A stretch of DNA of 64,000 nt from a cyanobacterium endosymbiont of Rhopalodia gibba (GCA_045159875.1 CP067995.1:2720001-2784000), one strand, 5' to 3'; counted from the stretch's first letter, positions 11,832 to 23,352 are shown. Notes: generated by a model not told the origin, from the letters alone. Program-made: numbers and translations.

Positions 11832-12914
11832 TTAAGAAATACTAATTCCTAAATGATTTAACTCTTGGTATATTTGGTCAGATTGTTGCCACACTTGACC
11901 ATCAAGGGCGATCTGTTCAATTAGACTTGCTAGGCGTAAAGCCTTGAGAGCTTGTTCTCCCCCCACAGAAGGTTGATCACCGCCTCTTACACAGTGAACA
12001 AAGTGCTCTAGCTCGGCATGGAGAGGTTCAATATTGCTGGTGTAGACCTTTTCGATGAGTCCATCTTGACGATAGAGAACCTGGCCATAATCACTAGTGT
12101 AATTGGCGGTGGTTTGACGATGGATTAGAATTTCATTGTTCAGAAAATCCGCTTCTGTTAGGCTATTTTCACAATGTGCTGCTAGACGGCGAATTTTGCG
12201 GTGGGTCACTTTGCTAGCAGTCAAGGTAGCAACAATGCCATTAGCAAATCCTAAGGTAGCGGTAACATAATCGAGATATCCTGAATCTGCGGCACGGCTA
12301 CCACTAGCGGTCAGTTTGACCACGCGATCACCCACGAGCTCAAGTAATAAGTCAATGTCGTGGATCATCAGATCCAAAACTACAGAAACATCGTTTGCCC
12401 GTTGAGAATAGGGACTCATGCGATGGGCTTCCAAGGCTAGTAACTCCTCAGTTTTAAGAACTTTACTTAATTCTTGGAAGGCGGGGTTAAATCGTTCTAT
12501 ATGTCCCACTTGCAGAATCCCATTAGATTCAGCTGCCGCATTGACTAACGATTCAGCTTCAGCAATATTTGCTGCAATGGGTTTTTCAATAAGGGTATGA
12601 ACTCCAGCTTTGAGACAGTCCATTCCTACTGAGCGATGCAACCGTGTCGGCACGGCAATACAGACAGCATCAACATGGGGCAGCAAGTCATGATAATTTT
12701 CAAAAAACCGAACTCGATACTTACTAGCAATATCTAAACCTCGTTCAACGTTGACATCGGAAACACCAACAAATTCTACATCTTTGAGCAAGCTAAAAAT
12801 ACGAGTATGGTGTTGACCCATGTTGCCTACCCCAATTACACCGATGCGAATGGGATCAAGGGGATTTTGTGGTCTTTTTCGGGTCAATTGTGCGTCTGAC
12901 ATTCTCCTGGACAC
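11832..12914 (-). CDS. Gfo/Idh/MocA family oxidoreductase
   Basis: GVIGVGNMG Rossmann motif, LIEKP, GHIERFNP, DLMIHDID. Confidence 0.93.
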   Translation of the reverse strand: MSRRMSDAQLTRKRPQNPLDPIRIGVIGVGNMGQHHTRIFSLLKDVEFVGVSDVNVERGLDIASKYRVRFFENYHDLLPHVDAVCIAVPTRLHRSVGMDCLKAGVHTLIEKPIAANIAEAESLVNAAAESNGILQVGHIERFNPAFQELSKVLKTEELLALEAHRMSPYSQRANDVSVVLDLMIHDIDLLLELVGDRVVKLTASGSRAADSGYLDYVTATLGFANGIVATLTASKVTHRKIRRLAAHCENSLTEADFLNNEILIHRQTTANYTSDYGQVLYRQDGLIEKVYTSNIEPLHAELEHFVHCVRGGDQPSVGGEQALKALRLASLIEQIALDGQVWQQSDQIYQELNHLGISIS

Positions 12915-13067
12915 TCCTACACCAAGTCTTGACTTAAAATAGATTTCAGAACGAAAAATTTTAATTCTTCAGTCGATCACCAAAGATACTAGCACAGTTT
13001 GTTAAAATGTAAAGAATTCCAACAGTGATAGATAAGTTTGGCGATCCTTACTGACTTTCGACTCTTC

Positions 13068-14036
13068 TTAAGCCTCTTCTTCGTAGTATTTATGTTGTTT
13101 CTGCTTTTGAGGAATGTTGACGCGAGGAGGGTTATAAGGTTCGAGTTCAACATCATCGTCCCAAACATCCCTCCGAACTTCATCGTATTCATGCTCTCTT
13201 TCTTGCCGAGGTGGTTCGTAACTAGCAGTCCGTTCAGCCCTGACTTCTCCCCAGTTATCCTCTTCTAATTCTTCGTAGTAGATAGATTCACTTTGTCTTT
13301 GTGGGGCAGAAGTAGGAGAAGTAGCGATGGGCTGCTCCCAAGTATCCTCATCCCATCGTTCTCCCGTTACTGACTGTCGTTCTTGGAAAGGAGTATGAGT
13401 CCGCACGGGAATTCCGGTTCCAAGTTGGTTTTCAGGTCGAGTGGTGGGAGGATAGTAAATATCTTCTTCTTCTTTTTCCCAAGGAGGACGGCCAATCCCT
13501 AACCGTTCTAAGACTCCTACTGTGACTTGAACTAATTGCTCTTCTGCCCCTTCAAAAACAATTAGACGATTAGGACCACTACTGATTAGTTGTTCAATAG
13601 AGAGTTCGTAGGTACTGATCAACCGGTCAGGAATTTGTGGCAGTCCCAGAGAAGCAATAATGATAGAGGACACTTTCCCGGTTTCAAGATTAAACTCGAA
13701 GTCCCGAACTCGCCCTAACGGTTCTCCTGTTTCGGTGATTACTTCGCAATTAACAACACGAGAATGAGCATCAATATCGACAGTTTTAATCACGTCTTCA
13801 TCTTCGACCAGGACGACATCCCCGATCTGATGACTACTAGAAAGATACATGTATCGGGGCATTCCCGACAATGAAAGCACATTGTCTCGTAATCCTAGGG
13901 CAACTACTTCTCGTTGGTCTATATCCACTAAGACTTCCTTGACAACACCTAACTTTTTGCCTGTATTGCGAGTGATGACCTGTGTATTAATAAACTCGTT
14001 ACGTAATCGGATTTTATCGCTAGTCATTGTGTCCAT
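13068..14036 (-). CDS. PRC-barrel domain protein with acidic C-terminal tail
   Basis: Two PRC-barrel repeats (VITRNTGKKLGVV; VITETGEPLGRVRDF) and a D/E/W-rich tail. Confidence 0.88.
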   Translation of the reverse strand: MDTMTSDKIRLRNEFINTQVITRNTGKKLGVVKEVLVDIDQREVVALGLRDNVLSLSGMPRYMYLSSSHQIGDVVLVEDEDVIKTVDIDAHSRVVNCEVITETGEPLGRVRDFEFNLETGKVSSIIIASLGLPQIPDRLISTYELSIEQLISSGPNRLIVFEGAEEQLVQVTVGVLERLGIGRPPWEKEEEDIYYPPTTRPENQLGTGIPVRTHTPFQERQSVTGERWDEDTWEQPIATSPTSAPQRQSESIYYEELEEDNWGEVRAERTASYEPPRQEREHEYDEVRRDVWDDDVELEPYNPPRVNIPQKQKQHKYYEEEA

Positions 14037-14834
14037 AAGTTGGAATTTTGGCTTCCGGGGGATAGCCAGGATACAATAAAGTTTTCTTTGGTTTGACGGT
14101 TAACCCTCAATTCATAGATAATAGCTCATGGTCTAACATTTATGGTGTAACATTGAGGTAAAAGTATTAGCTCTAGTCTAATTTTATATCAAAAGTATTT
14201 ACCGTAATTATGAACTTATTTAGAGTCGGAACTTGTTTAGAAGAATTAATCATAAAGATATTGATTGTGACTAAAATATCCTCCTTATTATTTTAAATAA
14301 CTTTTTAGCAAATAAAATGTAGGAGAAAAATTTTTAATTAAAATTCAAAAGAAACTTTCTATTTCTTGCTTTTAGTACTATGAATATTCATGGTCTGTTA
14401 TAAGCACTTAATAGTCCATATATATTAAATATAAAAAATAAGTCTCGGATTAACTTAAAAATTGTCAAGGTAAATAATTTTATCTTTCTTTGTCTTTTAA
14501 TCTTCAAAAAAAATCTGCTCCTCTTGTAAAATAAGAGCTTTTCTTCTCTATAAGAGAAGATTAAATAGGACCACTTTTTTATTGTTATCTATATTGATTT
14601 TTTTATAAAGTCTAATTCAAGATAATATCTTGACTGGTAAACTAAAAATCTTAAGTAATTACTGTGTAACTTTAGTAATTAAGTCTTCTAAAAAAGATTA
14701 AATTTTCCTTTGTTTTGATAATCATGTTTTTTTGAAGTTATTATTTTAAATAATACAAGGATAAATTGTTCCCTAACAGTGTGTATAAAAAACTTTGCCT
14801 ATCAATGAGAATTGATATAATCAAAAATATAGGT

Positions 14835-14879
14835 AATTAACAAGCATATAGTAGTAATCATACTATATGCTTGTTAATT
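14835..14879. repeat. Perfect 19-bp inverted repeat, 7-nt loop
   Basis: aattaacaagcatatagta-gtaatca-tactatatgcttgttaatt. Confidence 0.85.
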
Positions 14880-16299
14880 TGTAGGGGGTTTTAAAAAAGT
14901 TAAATGAAGATTATTCGGATTTCTTACGACAGACAGAGTACTCATCTAATATTTAATTAGATTTTTAATTATTCAAAAAAATGATTATTCATTATGAAGA
15001 GATATTTTTTTTTCTACATAAATAATCTATCGCTTATTCTTCTTTTTTTATGGAAGCATCGGCTGAATCTTTTTTATTTAAGAAAAATTAAAAATCAATA
15101 ATGTAAACATCAAGATAATATTTGCCTTAATTATTAAGGTTATTATTTCGATATTTTAGTTTGTTTTATTTAATTAAATTGATATATAAACTATAAGAAT
15201 AGTTTAATATTGGTTATTATTTATCTTATTTATTAGATATTTCTATGTTATATTTTAGCAGTTTAAACCTTTTATAGAAGAAAAAATTAAAGAGTAATAT
15301 TTAATATTTTTGTTTATAAAATCAAAAAAAACCTATATACTATATAGCTACTCTCAAAAGTTCTCTCAAAGCATAAAGAATGTAATAATATATTATTTTT
15401 ATCACATAAAAAAGATTAAAATTTATTTACATGGCAATAATTGTTGTGCTCAATATCATAATTGAGCTTATAAAATTAAAACTTTTTATTTATAAACCAA
15501 TTCAGGTGAGACAATGTACTTTACAGCAGAAACAGCTAGGTTAAATAGCGATAGAGTTTTTATTTAAAAATATATGAAGCTCTCCGTAATTTACATTCAC
15601 TTGATTTTAGTTTTGTGTAACTATAACCTTTTTTAGGAATTGGCTCACAATTTCTTTTATTAAAATTAGTTAAACTATCATTATCCTGATAATTTTAAGA
15701 AAATTTCTTTATTAATAATCTGATTGACAGTATTGCTCTACTCATGTTGTAGATTGAGATAGTTTTAGCCTTATTGAAGAAGAACTTTTGATCTTTATCG
15801 ATAATTTTTATTGAGTAATAAAAACTTACAGTTGATTCTTCCAATATCCATTATTATTGTTATTTACTAAATTGAGTAGATAACAATAATTATAATCGGG
15901 TTATAGAAGTTTTTTGTGTTTAGAAATTTATACACTTTTTGGTTTTCAAGCTTCTGACTATATTTTAATTGTCTCTTTTCTACCAGGAATAACTTAAAAG
16001 TGAGTTTTTTTATGAGTACAAGGCACTATAAATCACTTAGAAAACTTGGAAATTATTAATAAGCATTACTGATATTTAGATAACCCTTGGATGGTTATAC
16101 TTTATAGATTGACTGATTCCATTTCTCTCTTAACTCTTTCAAGAGATTGAGTCATGTCAAGTTATTTTTCTAGATAAAAGAGTACATTATCTCTGTTTTT
16201 ATTGAAAATTGTCGGTGTTTTTACTAGTGGAGAATGCTGCCAACGTTTATGAAGACCTCCACCTCATTTTTGTAAATAAATTAATTTTTTATGAGTAAT

Positions 16300-16388
16300 C
16301 TTAGTCTGTACTACTCGATTTGTTTAGGCATAGACTATTGTTAATATTCTATTATTTTTTCTTATAAAATCGAGTAGTACAGACTAAG
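16300..16388. repeat. Perfect 22-bp inverted repeat with 45-bp spacer
   Basis: cttagtctgtactactcgattt ... aaatcgagtagtacagactaag. Confidence 0.85.
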
Positions 16389-16470
16389 GATGTTAATTGT
16401 TTCTCTTACTTTTTAAGATTTTTATATATCACTCACCATAAAAATAGCAAGTATTAAAACAATAGGACTC

Positions 16471-16635
16471 TACCAAACTTAGGACAGTAAAAAAATGCTA
16501 AACCCCAAGATAGCCTGAGTTGCCGATAATGTTAATAACTAGCAAATTATTAGGAATTTAAATATTTTTTAAATCAAGCTTTGAGTCCGTTAATATTAAT
16601 AATTTTACATGACAAGTCCGTCAATATTAATACTA
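16471..16635 (+). repeat. Degenerate dispersed ~160-bp element, copy A
   Basis: Colinear with 41008-41170 (ccaaacttagga.agt.aaa ... atagcct ... ttaaat ... ttaatattaa). Confidence 0.7.
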
Positions 16636-16670
16636 GTTTGTTTGACTACGTTTTGTCATTAAATTAAATT

Positions 16671-17153
16671 CTAACTAATAGAACATCCCCCAAATTTTTC
16701 TCGTAAAAGTTCATCATTATCGTTAGCAATAGTAGCCGATAAAGTAATAGCACGGGAAACCTCTTTTGGGGATAAACCAGCCACAGCTCGTTGGGCTAAG
16801 ACAACAATTTTATCGTTCATTATTCCAAATCTAGTTTCTAAGGTTTCTTCCCAATTCATAATTAATAGTTTTCGCATCAACCCCTGTTCATCTTCAGCAG
16901 GTAGTTGCAATACTGCTGCCCAAACTGTTAGTAAATCATCATCTGTCTCCCCAGTAAGCTGGACATATACTTCTACACTTCCATATTGAAACTTCCAAAG
17001 ATAACCTTGAGCATCAAGATAAACCATCGCACTCTCATTTTCTGCTAGGGTACTAATTACCGTTTCGATAACTTCACGATGGGTGCTAGTGATACTAACA
17101 AAATCGTCAGGAAGAGTTCTTTCTGTGTTGTTTTCAGAAGTTAAATTTATCAT
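16671..17153 (-). CDS. YbjN/CesT-like domain protein
   Basis: WKFQYGSVEVYVQLTGETDDDLLTVWAAVL...LLIMNWEETLETRF. ATG at 17153 follows GAGGAC. Confidence 0.8.
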   Translation of the reverse strand: MINLTSENNTERTLPDDFVSITSTHREVIETVISTLAENESAMVYLDAQGYLWKFQYGSVEVYVQLTGETDDDLLTVWAAVLQLPAEDEQGLMRKLLIMNWEETLETRFGIMNDKIVVLAQRAVAGLSPKEVSRAITLSATIANDNDELLREKFGGCSIS

Positions 17154-17318
17154 AGTCCTCACTCTAATTACTTTGACACTGATGGCTTTGAGATCGTCTT
17201 AATTGTATTATCTAATTCAAGATCACTAACAAGACAACATTTGATAAAAATTTCCTTTAATAAATTAACTTCTCAGGAAAAATAGCCTAAATTTAATATT
17301 TATTATAGCTATCAATCA

Positions 17319-17904
17319 GAAGAGGACACGTGATCGCGGATTTTCAAGACGGCGTTGCGATTGTTTGCTGTCAGGGACTATGTTGACGCAACCACTAAAG
17401 ATTTAGTTCATCAAATCAACGTGGCTGAAGATAACCTATTTCGTTATTTTGCTCATCACTCATCAGAAGGTAATTGTGTTTGAGATCATTACGTCTGAAC
17501 AAATAGAGATTTTAATGAATTTATTAGTTTAATTCAGTTAAAGAAACAATTGTAGACCCTTAACCTAAATAACACCCTAAAATATTAGTAGTGCTACTAG
17601 TTTAAGACCTCCTTCAGATCTGTTAGGTCAAAGTATAATATTATCAAAAGTTACTCGATCACATTTAATCGGAAGTAATTAGCAAAATTACAGACGTGAC
17701 GAAAGTTTTTTTGGAGACAGTGATGAAAAGGAGAATCTATAGTCTAATAAAACCTTAATAATCGAAAATATTCCGACGGAATATTTTCGATTATTAAGGT
17801 TTTATTAGACTATAATTTTATCGATCTCCAATGTATTATAAAGAATTGCTGAATTAATTTCTGATATTTTTCTTCATGAGGTTCTAGTTAAAGGGGTAGA
17901 ATGA
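17319..17904 (+). pseudogene. TetR-family transcriptional regulator remnant
   Basis: EEDT*SRIFKTALRLFAVRDYVDATTKDLVHQINVAEDNLFRYFA is the TetR HTH. Later pieces are TDVTKVFLETVMKRRIY and ISDIFLHEVLVKG. Confidence 0.85.
17738..17814. repeat. Perfect 38-bp inverted repeat (1-nt centre) inside the tetR remnant
   Basis: tatagtctaataaaaccttaataatcgaaaatattccg-a-cggaatattttcgattattaaggttttattagactata. Confidence 0.92.
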
Positions 17905-17978
17905 GGAAGGTAGAGAATCGAGAGAAGTTGTTTAAGAAAATCGGACTAATCGGACTGTATGCAGTGGGTTAATCATCA

Positions 17979-18694
17979 ATGACTAAAGATCAATCACAAC
18001 AAATTGCTTTCTTAGGACTGGGTTTAATGGAATCTTCTATGAGCGCTAATTTAGCTCGTAAAGGAATTTACTGTTGAGGGTTAAAATCATACCCTTAATC
18101 GCCCTAGTGTTAGAATAGTAAAAAAAGCAGGGGAACGATAGTCTCGTTAATGAAGAAAGCAATAGAATCAGCTGATTTTAGCTTTACTTGTGTTGGGTCC
18201 GTTCCCCGTGTGGAAGAAGTGATTTTAGAAGAAAAAAGAGTTATCAACCATAATAAGCCTGAGGTATTAGTGGTAAATTTTAGTACCATTTGCACTGATG
18301 CCGCTCGTTATTTAGGAACTCAATTGAGACACCAAAATTTTCGCTTTTTAGATGCACCTATTTTGTGGGATATCTTGGGGATCAATAGCGATTAAAATGA
18401 CAGAAAAGCAAGGAATTGATCCTACTCTGATTCATAGAGATTTGTAGTACAGGGGCGGCAAGTTCTTGGGCATTAAGCAATTTGGGAGTAAAGATTGTCG
18501 AGAGTGACTATAATCCAGGATTCGCTATCAAATATCTTTTGAAAAATTTACGATTAGTTAAAGAAACGATAGAGAAATCAGAAGAGAGTTTAGCCGGAAT
18601 AGACTTAGCATAACAGCTTTTTAAGCTGGTTTCTAAAATGGATAATAGAGGAGAATTAGGACAAGGAACTCAGGTGATGATTTGTTATTTTTAA
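17979..18694 (+). pseudogene. 3-hydroxyisobutyrate dehydrogenase-family oxidoreductase remnant
   Basis: MTKDQSQQIAFLGLGLMESSMSANLARKG, then VNFSTI...FLDAPI, GAASSWALSNLG and GQGTQ. Frameshifts, stops and an internal deletion. Confidence 0.88.
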
Positions 18695-18888
18695 TACAAA
18701 CATTAGCTCATAGTTAACATTGTTTAAAAGAGCAATTATTAAATAATTTAAACCTAAGTTCCTAGATTTGAATTAGAATTTAAATAGAACAAAAATACTC
18801 AGATAAGTATAAAATTGGTACTCTACAGGTTCTATTCGAATTAGTTGATTAACATTGTAGATTAAGAGTTTTAAGATTTATCTCCATA

Positions 18889-18936
18889 TATCCATATATA
18901 GGGTAAAAAACCTAGCACTTACACCATATATGTGGT
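18889..18936 (+). promoter_or_regulatory. Tandem NrdR boxes overlapping an extended -10 element upstream of nrdA
   Basis: tatccatatatagggt (18889) and acaccatatatgtggt (18921) are 32 bp apart and fit the NrdR consensus acaCwAtATaTwGtgt. TGgTATAAA overlaps box 2. Confidence 0.8.
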
Positions 18937-19050
18937 ATAAACAAAACTATATCCTCAATTATTGACATAAAATCAAGTACAAAAAATAGTACAAGATTGT
19001 CAATTCTATTGCTTCAGTTTACGTTCGTTTTTAAATAGTTCAAACCAACG

Positions 19051-21363
19051 ATGCAGCCAACTGTCTTAACCTGTTCTGAGCCCTCTCAAGTAACTCACCA
19101 TCAATCTTCTTCAACTCGAGAAAACCCAGTTAATTTGGGAACTAGTAAAATCCAAGTTATTCGCCGCGATAAATCTTGGACTTCTATGAATATTGGTAAA
19201 ATTCGGGAGGTGGTAAATTGGGCTTGTCAAGGTCATAACGTCAATCCCATCGCCTTGGAAGCTGGACTAAAAACTCGCTTACGCCACGGAATTACTACCA
19301 GAGAAATTCAAGATAATTTGATCAACTGCGCTCTAGAAATGTGTAGTCCCGATGAACCAGGCTGGCGTTATGTAGCAGGAAGACTTCATATTTGGAGCTT
19401 ATGGAAAGATACTCTCGTCAGTCGAGGCTACCAATATGGCGACTACGATAAAACCGTTAGGAGGAAAGTAGAATCTAAGGCTTATGATCCGAGAATACTT
19501 GCTTATTGTAGCGAAGAATTAAAGGAAGCTGGCAGTTGGATTAATCCTGATTGGGATACAGATTATGATTATGCCGGGGCGGTACTTCTGACAGGACGTT
19601 ATCTGTTACCCGATGAACTTCCCCAAGAAGCTTTGTTGACTTGTTCATTATTGTTGGCGACAGTAGAAAGTCCTGAAAATAGATTGATTTGGGCGCGACG
19701 GTTTTATGAAGCGATCGCCACCCGTACAATTTCTTTGGCTACCCCGATCCTAGCTAATCTTAGGACTCCTGAGGGATCGTTAACGAGTTGTTTTATTATA
19801 TCTATTGATGATAATTTAGAGAGTATTTTTAAAGAAATAACTAACACGGCTAGAATTTCGAAGAATGGAGGTGGGGTTGGGATAAATGTCAGTCGAATTC
19901 GGGCTACTGGAAGTTGGGTAATGAAAAAGTCCAATGCTTCTGGAGGGATTATTCCCTGGATTAAATTACTTAACGATACTGCGATCGCCGTCAACCAAGG
20001 GGGTAGACGGGCGGGAGCTGTCACCGTTGGAGTGGATGTTTGGCACTTGGACGTTCCCGAATTTTTGGAAATGCAGACGGAAAATGGAGATCAAAGACGT
20101 AAAGCTTATGATGTCTTTCCTCAGCTGATTTTGACTGACGAATTTATGCGTCGGGTAATGAGTAAACGCGAATGGACATTGGTAGATCCCTACGAGGTTA
20201 GGCTTAAGTTGGGTATAGAGTTAGCTGACTTGTGGGGAGAAAAATTTGAGGAAGCTTATCAAGTAATTGAGCAAAAATTAGGCAAGGAAATAACTCTTTA
20301 TAAGCGGATTCAAGCCCGTGACTTATTCAAGACAATTATGCGATCACAGGTAGAAACGGGAATGCCCTATTTAGCCTTTAAAGATACCATTAACCGTGCT
20401 AACCCAAATAAGCATCAAGGGTATATTCCTGGAGTCAATCTATGCACTGAATCCTTTAGTAATGTTTCCTCTGGCAAAGAGGCGCATTCTTGTAATCTTG
20501 TCTCCCTAAATTTAGCCAATCTTGATACCGAGGAGCTAAAGTATATTTGTGCTGTTGCTGTTAGAATTTTAGACAATACCATTGATATTACGAATAGTCC
20601 TTTTGATAATGCAAAAGTACACAACGATAAATATCGTACTATTGGAATCGGCTGTATGGGTTTAGCAGACTGGTTAGCAAAGAAACATCTGTCTTATGAT
20701 AGGTTGACGGAAATTAATCAGTTGTTTGAAGAATTTAGTTACTGGTGTACTCATGCTTCTATGGAGTTAGCCAAAGAAAGACAGCCATATCAGGCTTTTG
20801 TAGGAAGTGAATGGCATCAGGGTAAGTTGATTGGGGCAAAACCAGTAGAATGGTTCTTAGAAAATGCCACCTATAAAGAGCGTTGGAAACAGTTATCGGA
20901 AGACATTCAAACCTACGGAATTCGTAACTCACATATTACTGCAATTGCCCCTAATACCTCCTCTTCTTTAGTTCAAGGATGTACGGCTAGTATTCTTCCC
21001 GTTTATAGTCGTTTCTTTTATGATAAATGGGCAAAAGGAACCGTTCCTATTGCCCCACCGTTTATTGAACAATCTTTTTGGTTTTACCCTGAGAATAAGA
21101 CATTAGATCAACAAAAAGTAGTGAGAGCTGTAGGGCAAATACAGCAGTGGATTGATACAGGTATTTCTATGGAATTATTGTTTAATTTGAATCAAGGTGT
21201 TTATTTTCCCCATGAACCAGAACGCTCTATTAATGCTAAGGATATCTTTGATATTTTAGTATTAGCTTGGCAGGAAGGTTGTAAAGCAGTTTATTACGTT
21301 AGAACTGTTCAAAAAGATGATTTTAAAGAGTCTGATAGTGGTTGTTTCACTTGTGCAAATTGA
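19051..21363 (+). CDS. nrdA: Ribonucleoside-diphosphate reductase alpha subunit (class I, N-terminal ATP cone)
   Basis: TSCF, NQGGRRAGA, NLCTE, SCNL, IAPNTSSS, YY pair and C-terminal CFTC. Confidence 0.96.
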   Translation: MQPTVLTCSEPSQVTHHQSSSTRENPVNLGTSKIQVIRRDKSWTSMNIGKIREVVNWACQGHNVNPIALEAGLKTRLRHGITTREIQDNLINCALEMCSPDEPGWRYVAGRLHIWSLWKDTLVSRGYQYGDYDKTVRRKVESKAYDPRILAYCSEELKEAGSWINPDWDTDYDYAGAVLLTGRYLLPDELPQEALLTCSLLLATVESPENRLIWARRFYEAIATRTISLATPILANLRTPEGSLTSCFIISIDDNLESIFKEITNTARISKNGGGVGINVSRIRATGSWVMKKSNASGGIIPWIKLLNDTAIAVNQGGRRAGAVTVGVDVWHLDVPEFLEMQTENGDQRRKAYDVFPQLILTDEFMRRVMSKREWTLVDPYEVRLKLGIELADLWGEKFEEAYQVIEQKLGKEITLYKRIQARDLFKTIMRSQVETGMPYLAFKDTINRANPNKHQGYIPGVNLCTESFSNVSSGKEAHSCNLVSLNLANLDTEELKYICAVAVRILDNTIDITNSPFDNAKVHNDKYRTIGIGCMGLADWLAKKHLSYDRLTEINQLFEEFSYWCTHASMELAKERQPYQAFVGSEWHQGKLIGAKPVEWFLENATYKERWKQLSEDIQTYGIRNSHITAIAPNTSSSLVQGCTASILPVYSRFFYDKWAKGTVPIAPPFIEQSFWFYPENKTLDQQKVVRAVGQIQQWIDTGISMELLFNLNQGVYFPHEPERSINAKDIFDILVLAWQEGCKAVYYVRTVQKDDFKESDSGCFTCAN

Positions 21364-21717
21364 TTAATCTTAATCGGGACAAAAGATTGCGTTCTTTTAT
21401 GTATTTAGGAGAAGATTGTAAATTTTAGTTTAAATAATAAGGATCCTTGTCTTTTGTTAGAAAATCATAACATGGTTTGATATTCTCAATTTAATTTAAT
21501 AAATACAAAAAAGTTTTTAAAAGTACTTAAAAGTTACTTAAAAATATATTTTTATATTTATTAATATATAAATTCGGAAACTGTTGAACTATTTGATAGT
21601 TAACTTTAACAAAGAAAAAGCGTATCTTGAGATAGATTTATCTTTAAAAGATTTTCTTATATAATTTCAGGTTTCTCCTAAAACAAGTGATAAATATAGA
21701 CTATCAACCTGAATAAA

Positions 21718-21758
21718 ATTGTTATATATTTAATCAAAAAGATTAAATATATAACAAT
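21718..21758. repeat. Perfect 18-bp inverted repeat, 5-nt loop, in the nrdA-nrdB spacer
   Basis: attgttatatatttaatc-aaaaa-gattaaatatataacaat. Confidence 0.8.
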
Positions 21759-22124
21759 CATTAAGAATGATAAATGTAAAAGACATAATAACAGTTAGAA
21801 AATACTTTTCTAACATCGTAGATATATTTTTAAATCCTTCCTAAAAGTGCGATAGAAAGATTTATAAAAATATAAAATGTCTTTTAAGACCTTACTAATA
21901 AAATAGAATCATCTCATTATACTGTCAGTAATTTTTTTTTAGATTAATCTAATTCTTTATTTAAGATACCTATCTACTTTTAATTCAATTGACATATAGA
22001 TGAATAAAACTGTAAAAACAAAATAGAAGTTAGATTCTAGAGATTAAATTGACTAATTTTTATGTATTATTAGAATAATAAAAGCTTAGTTGTACATTAA
22101 ATTGGATACAAACTCAATTACACT

Positions 22125-23192
22125 ATGGTAGTCAATAATACTAAATTGCCTAAAAAAATGCCCATTAACCCCATTTTTAATCCGGAGGGGGATGATGCTA
22201 TAGAAAACCGTTCTATTTGGTTTGGTAACACAACAAATCTAATGCAGCTTAATGATGTTAGGTTTCCGTGGACGGTAAGTTTATATCAACAAATGAGGGA
22301 GAACTTTTGGATTCCCCAACGGATAGATATTACCCAAGATGTGACAGATTACACTAATTTAACTAACGATGAACGGTATGCCTATGAAGGAATTTTAGCT
22401 TATCTTACCTTTTTAGATTCGATTCAAACCTGCAATATTCCACATCTCAAAAGTAGCGTAACAGCACCAGAAGTTAGCCTCTGTATGGCAGAACAAATTT
22501 CTCAAGAAGGAATGCACAATCAAAGTTATCAATACATCATTGAAACGATTATTCCTCCAGAAAGACGCAATCATGTCTATGAGTTTTGGCGCACTGATAA
22601 AGTCTTAAAAGAACGCTGTGAGTTCATTGCAAGTTTATACCAAAAATACATTGATGATCCAACGTCTGAAAATTATTTTGTGGCGTTAATGGCAGATTTT
22701 TTATTAGAAGGATTGTATTTTTACAATGGCTTCATCTACTTCTACAATCTAGCGTCAAGGATGTTAATGCCAGGATCAGCTGATATTTTTAAAATGATTA
22801 ACCGAGACGAATTAAGTCATGTTCGTTTGTATCAGAAATTAATTCCAGAAGCGAGAAAAGTATTTACTCATTCTGTCGATCAAATTTATGATATGTTTGC
22901 TCGAGCTGTCGAACATGAATGCCGTTGGACTAATCATATTATTGGGAATAATATTTTGGGAATTACTGAGTCTAGTACCGAACAATATACAAAATATTTA
23001 GCTAATATTCGGTTACGTTCAATTGGGTTAGATCCTCTTTATTCAGAGGTTAAATACAACAAGAGTCCCTACACTCATTTAGAGCGGTTTTCTGATACTA
23101 AAAAAGAAGCGCATACTAAAGCAAATTTCTTTGAATCAACAGTTACTAGTTATGTTATGTCTTCAGGGGTAACTGGATGGGATGAAATCTAA
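22125..23192 (+). CDS. nrdB: Ribonucleoside-diphosphate reductase beta subunit
   Basis: NFWIP, LTFLDSIQ, QEGMHNQSY (metal ligands plus radical Tyr), EGLYFY, RDELSH, NFFE. Confidence 0.96.
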   Translation: MVVNNTKLPKKMPINPIFNPEGDDAIENRSIWFGNTTNLMQLNDVRFPWTVSLYQQMRENFWIPQRIDITQDVTDYTNLTNDERYAYEGILAYLTFLDSIQTCNIPHLKSSVTAPEVSLCMAEQISQEGMHNQSYQYIIETIIPPERRNHVYEFWRTDKVLKERCEFIASLYQKYIDDPTSENYFVALMADFLLEGLYFYNGFIYFYNLASRMLMPGSADIFKMINRDELSHVRLYQKLIPEARKVFTHSVDQIYDMFARAVEHECRWTNHIIGNNILGITESSTEQYTKYLANIRLRSIGLDPLYSEVKYNKSPYTHLERFSDTKKEAHTKANFFESTVTSYVMSSGVTGWDEI

Positions 23193-23193
23193 C

Positions 23194-23233
23194 AGGCTGT
23201 CCTGAGCAACTTGGCAGTTGTTCAGGACAGCCT
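23194..23233 (+). terminator. GC-rich hairpin immediately after nrdB
   Basis: aggctgtcctgagcaact-tggc-agttgttcaggacagcct (18 bp, one G-U pair), between converging genes. Confidence 0.75.
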
Positions 23234-23352
23234 AAACTATTATTTTAAGGAAATAAAAAATAATAAAATATCTTAGCCCTTTTGATAACTGCCATAACTA
23301 GAGTTTTGAACTTACTTTTCTGTTTCAATATTTTGACTGTTTGTAAATTAAA

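Noticed and set aside
18976..18993. agtac-N7-agtac as a LexA or NtcA site upstream of nrdA
   Set aside because: Spacing fits neither the cyanobacterial LexA box nor GTA-N8-TAC.
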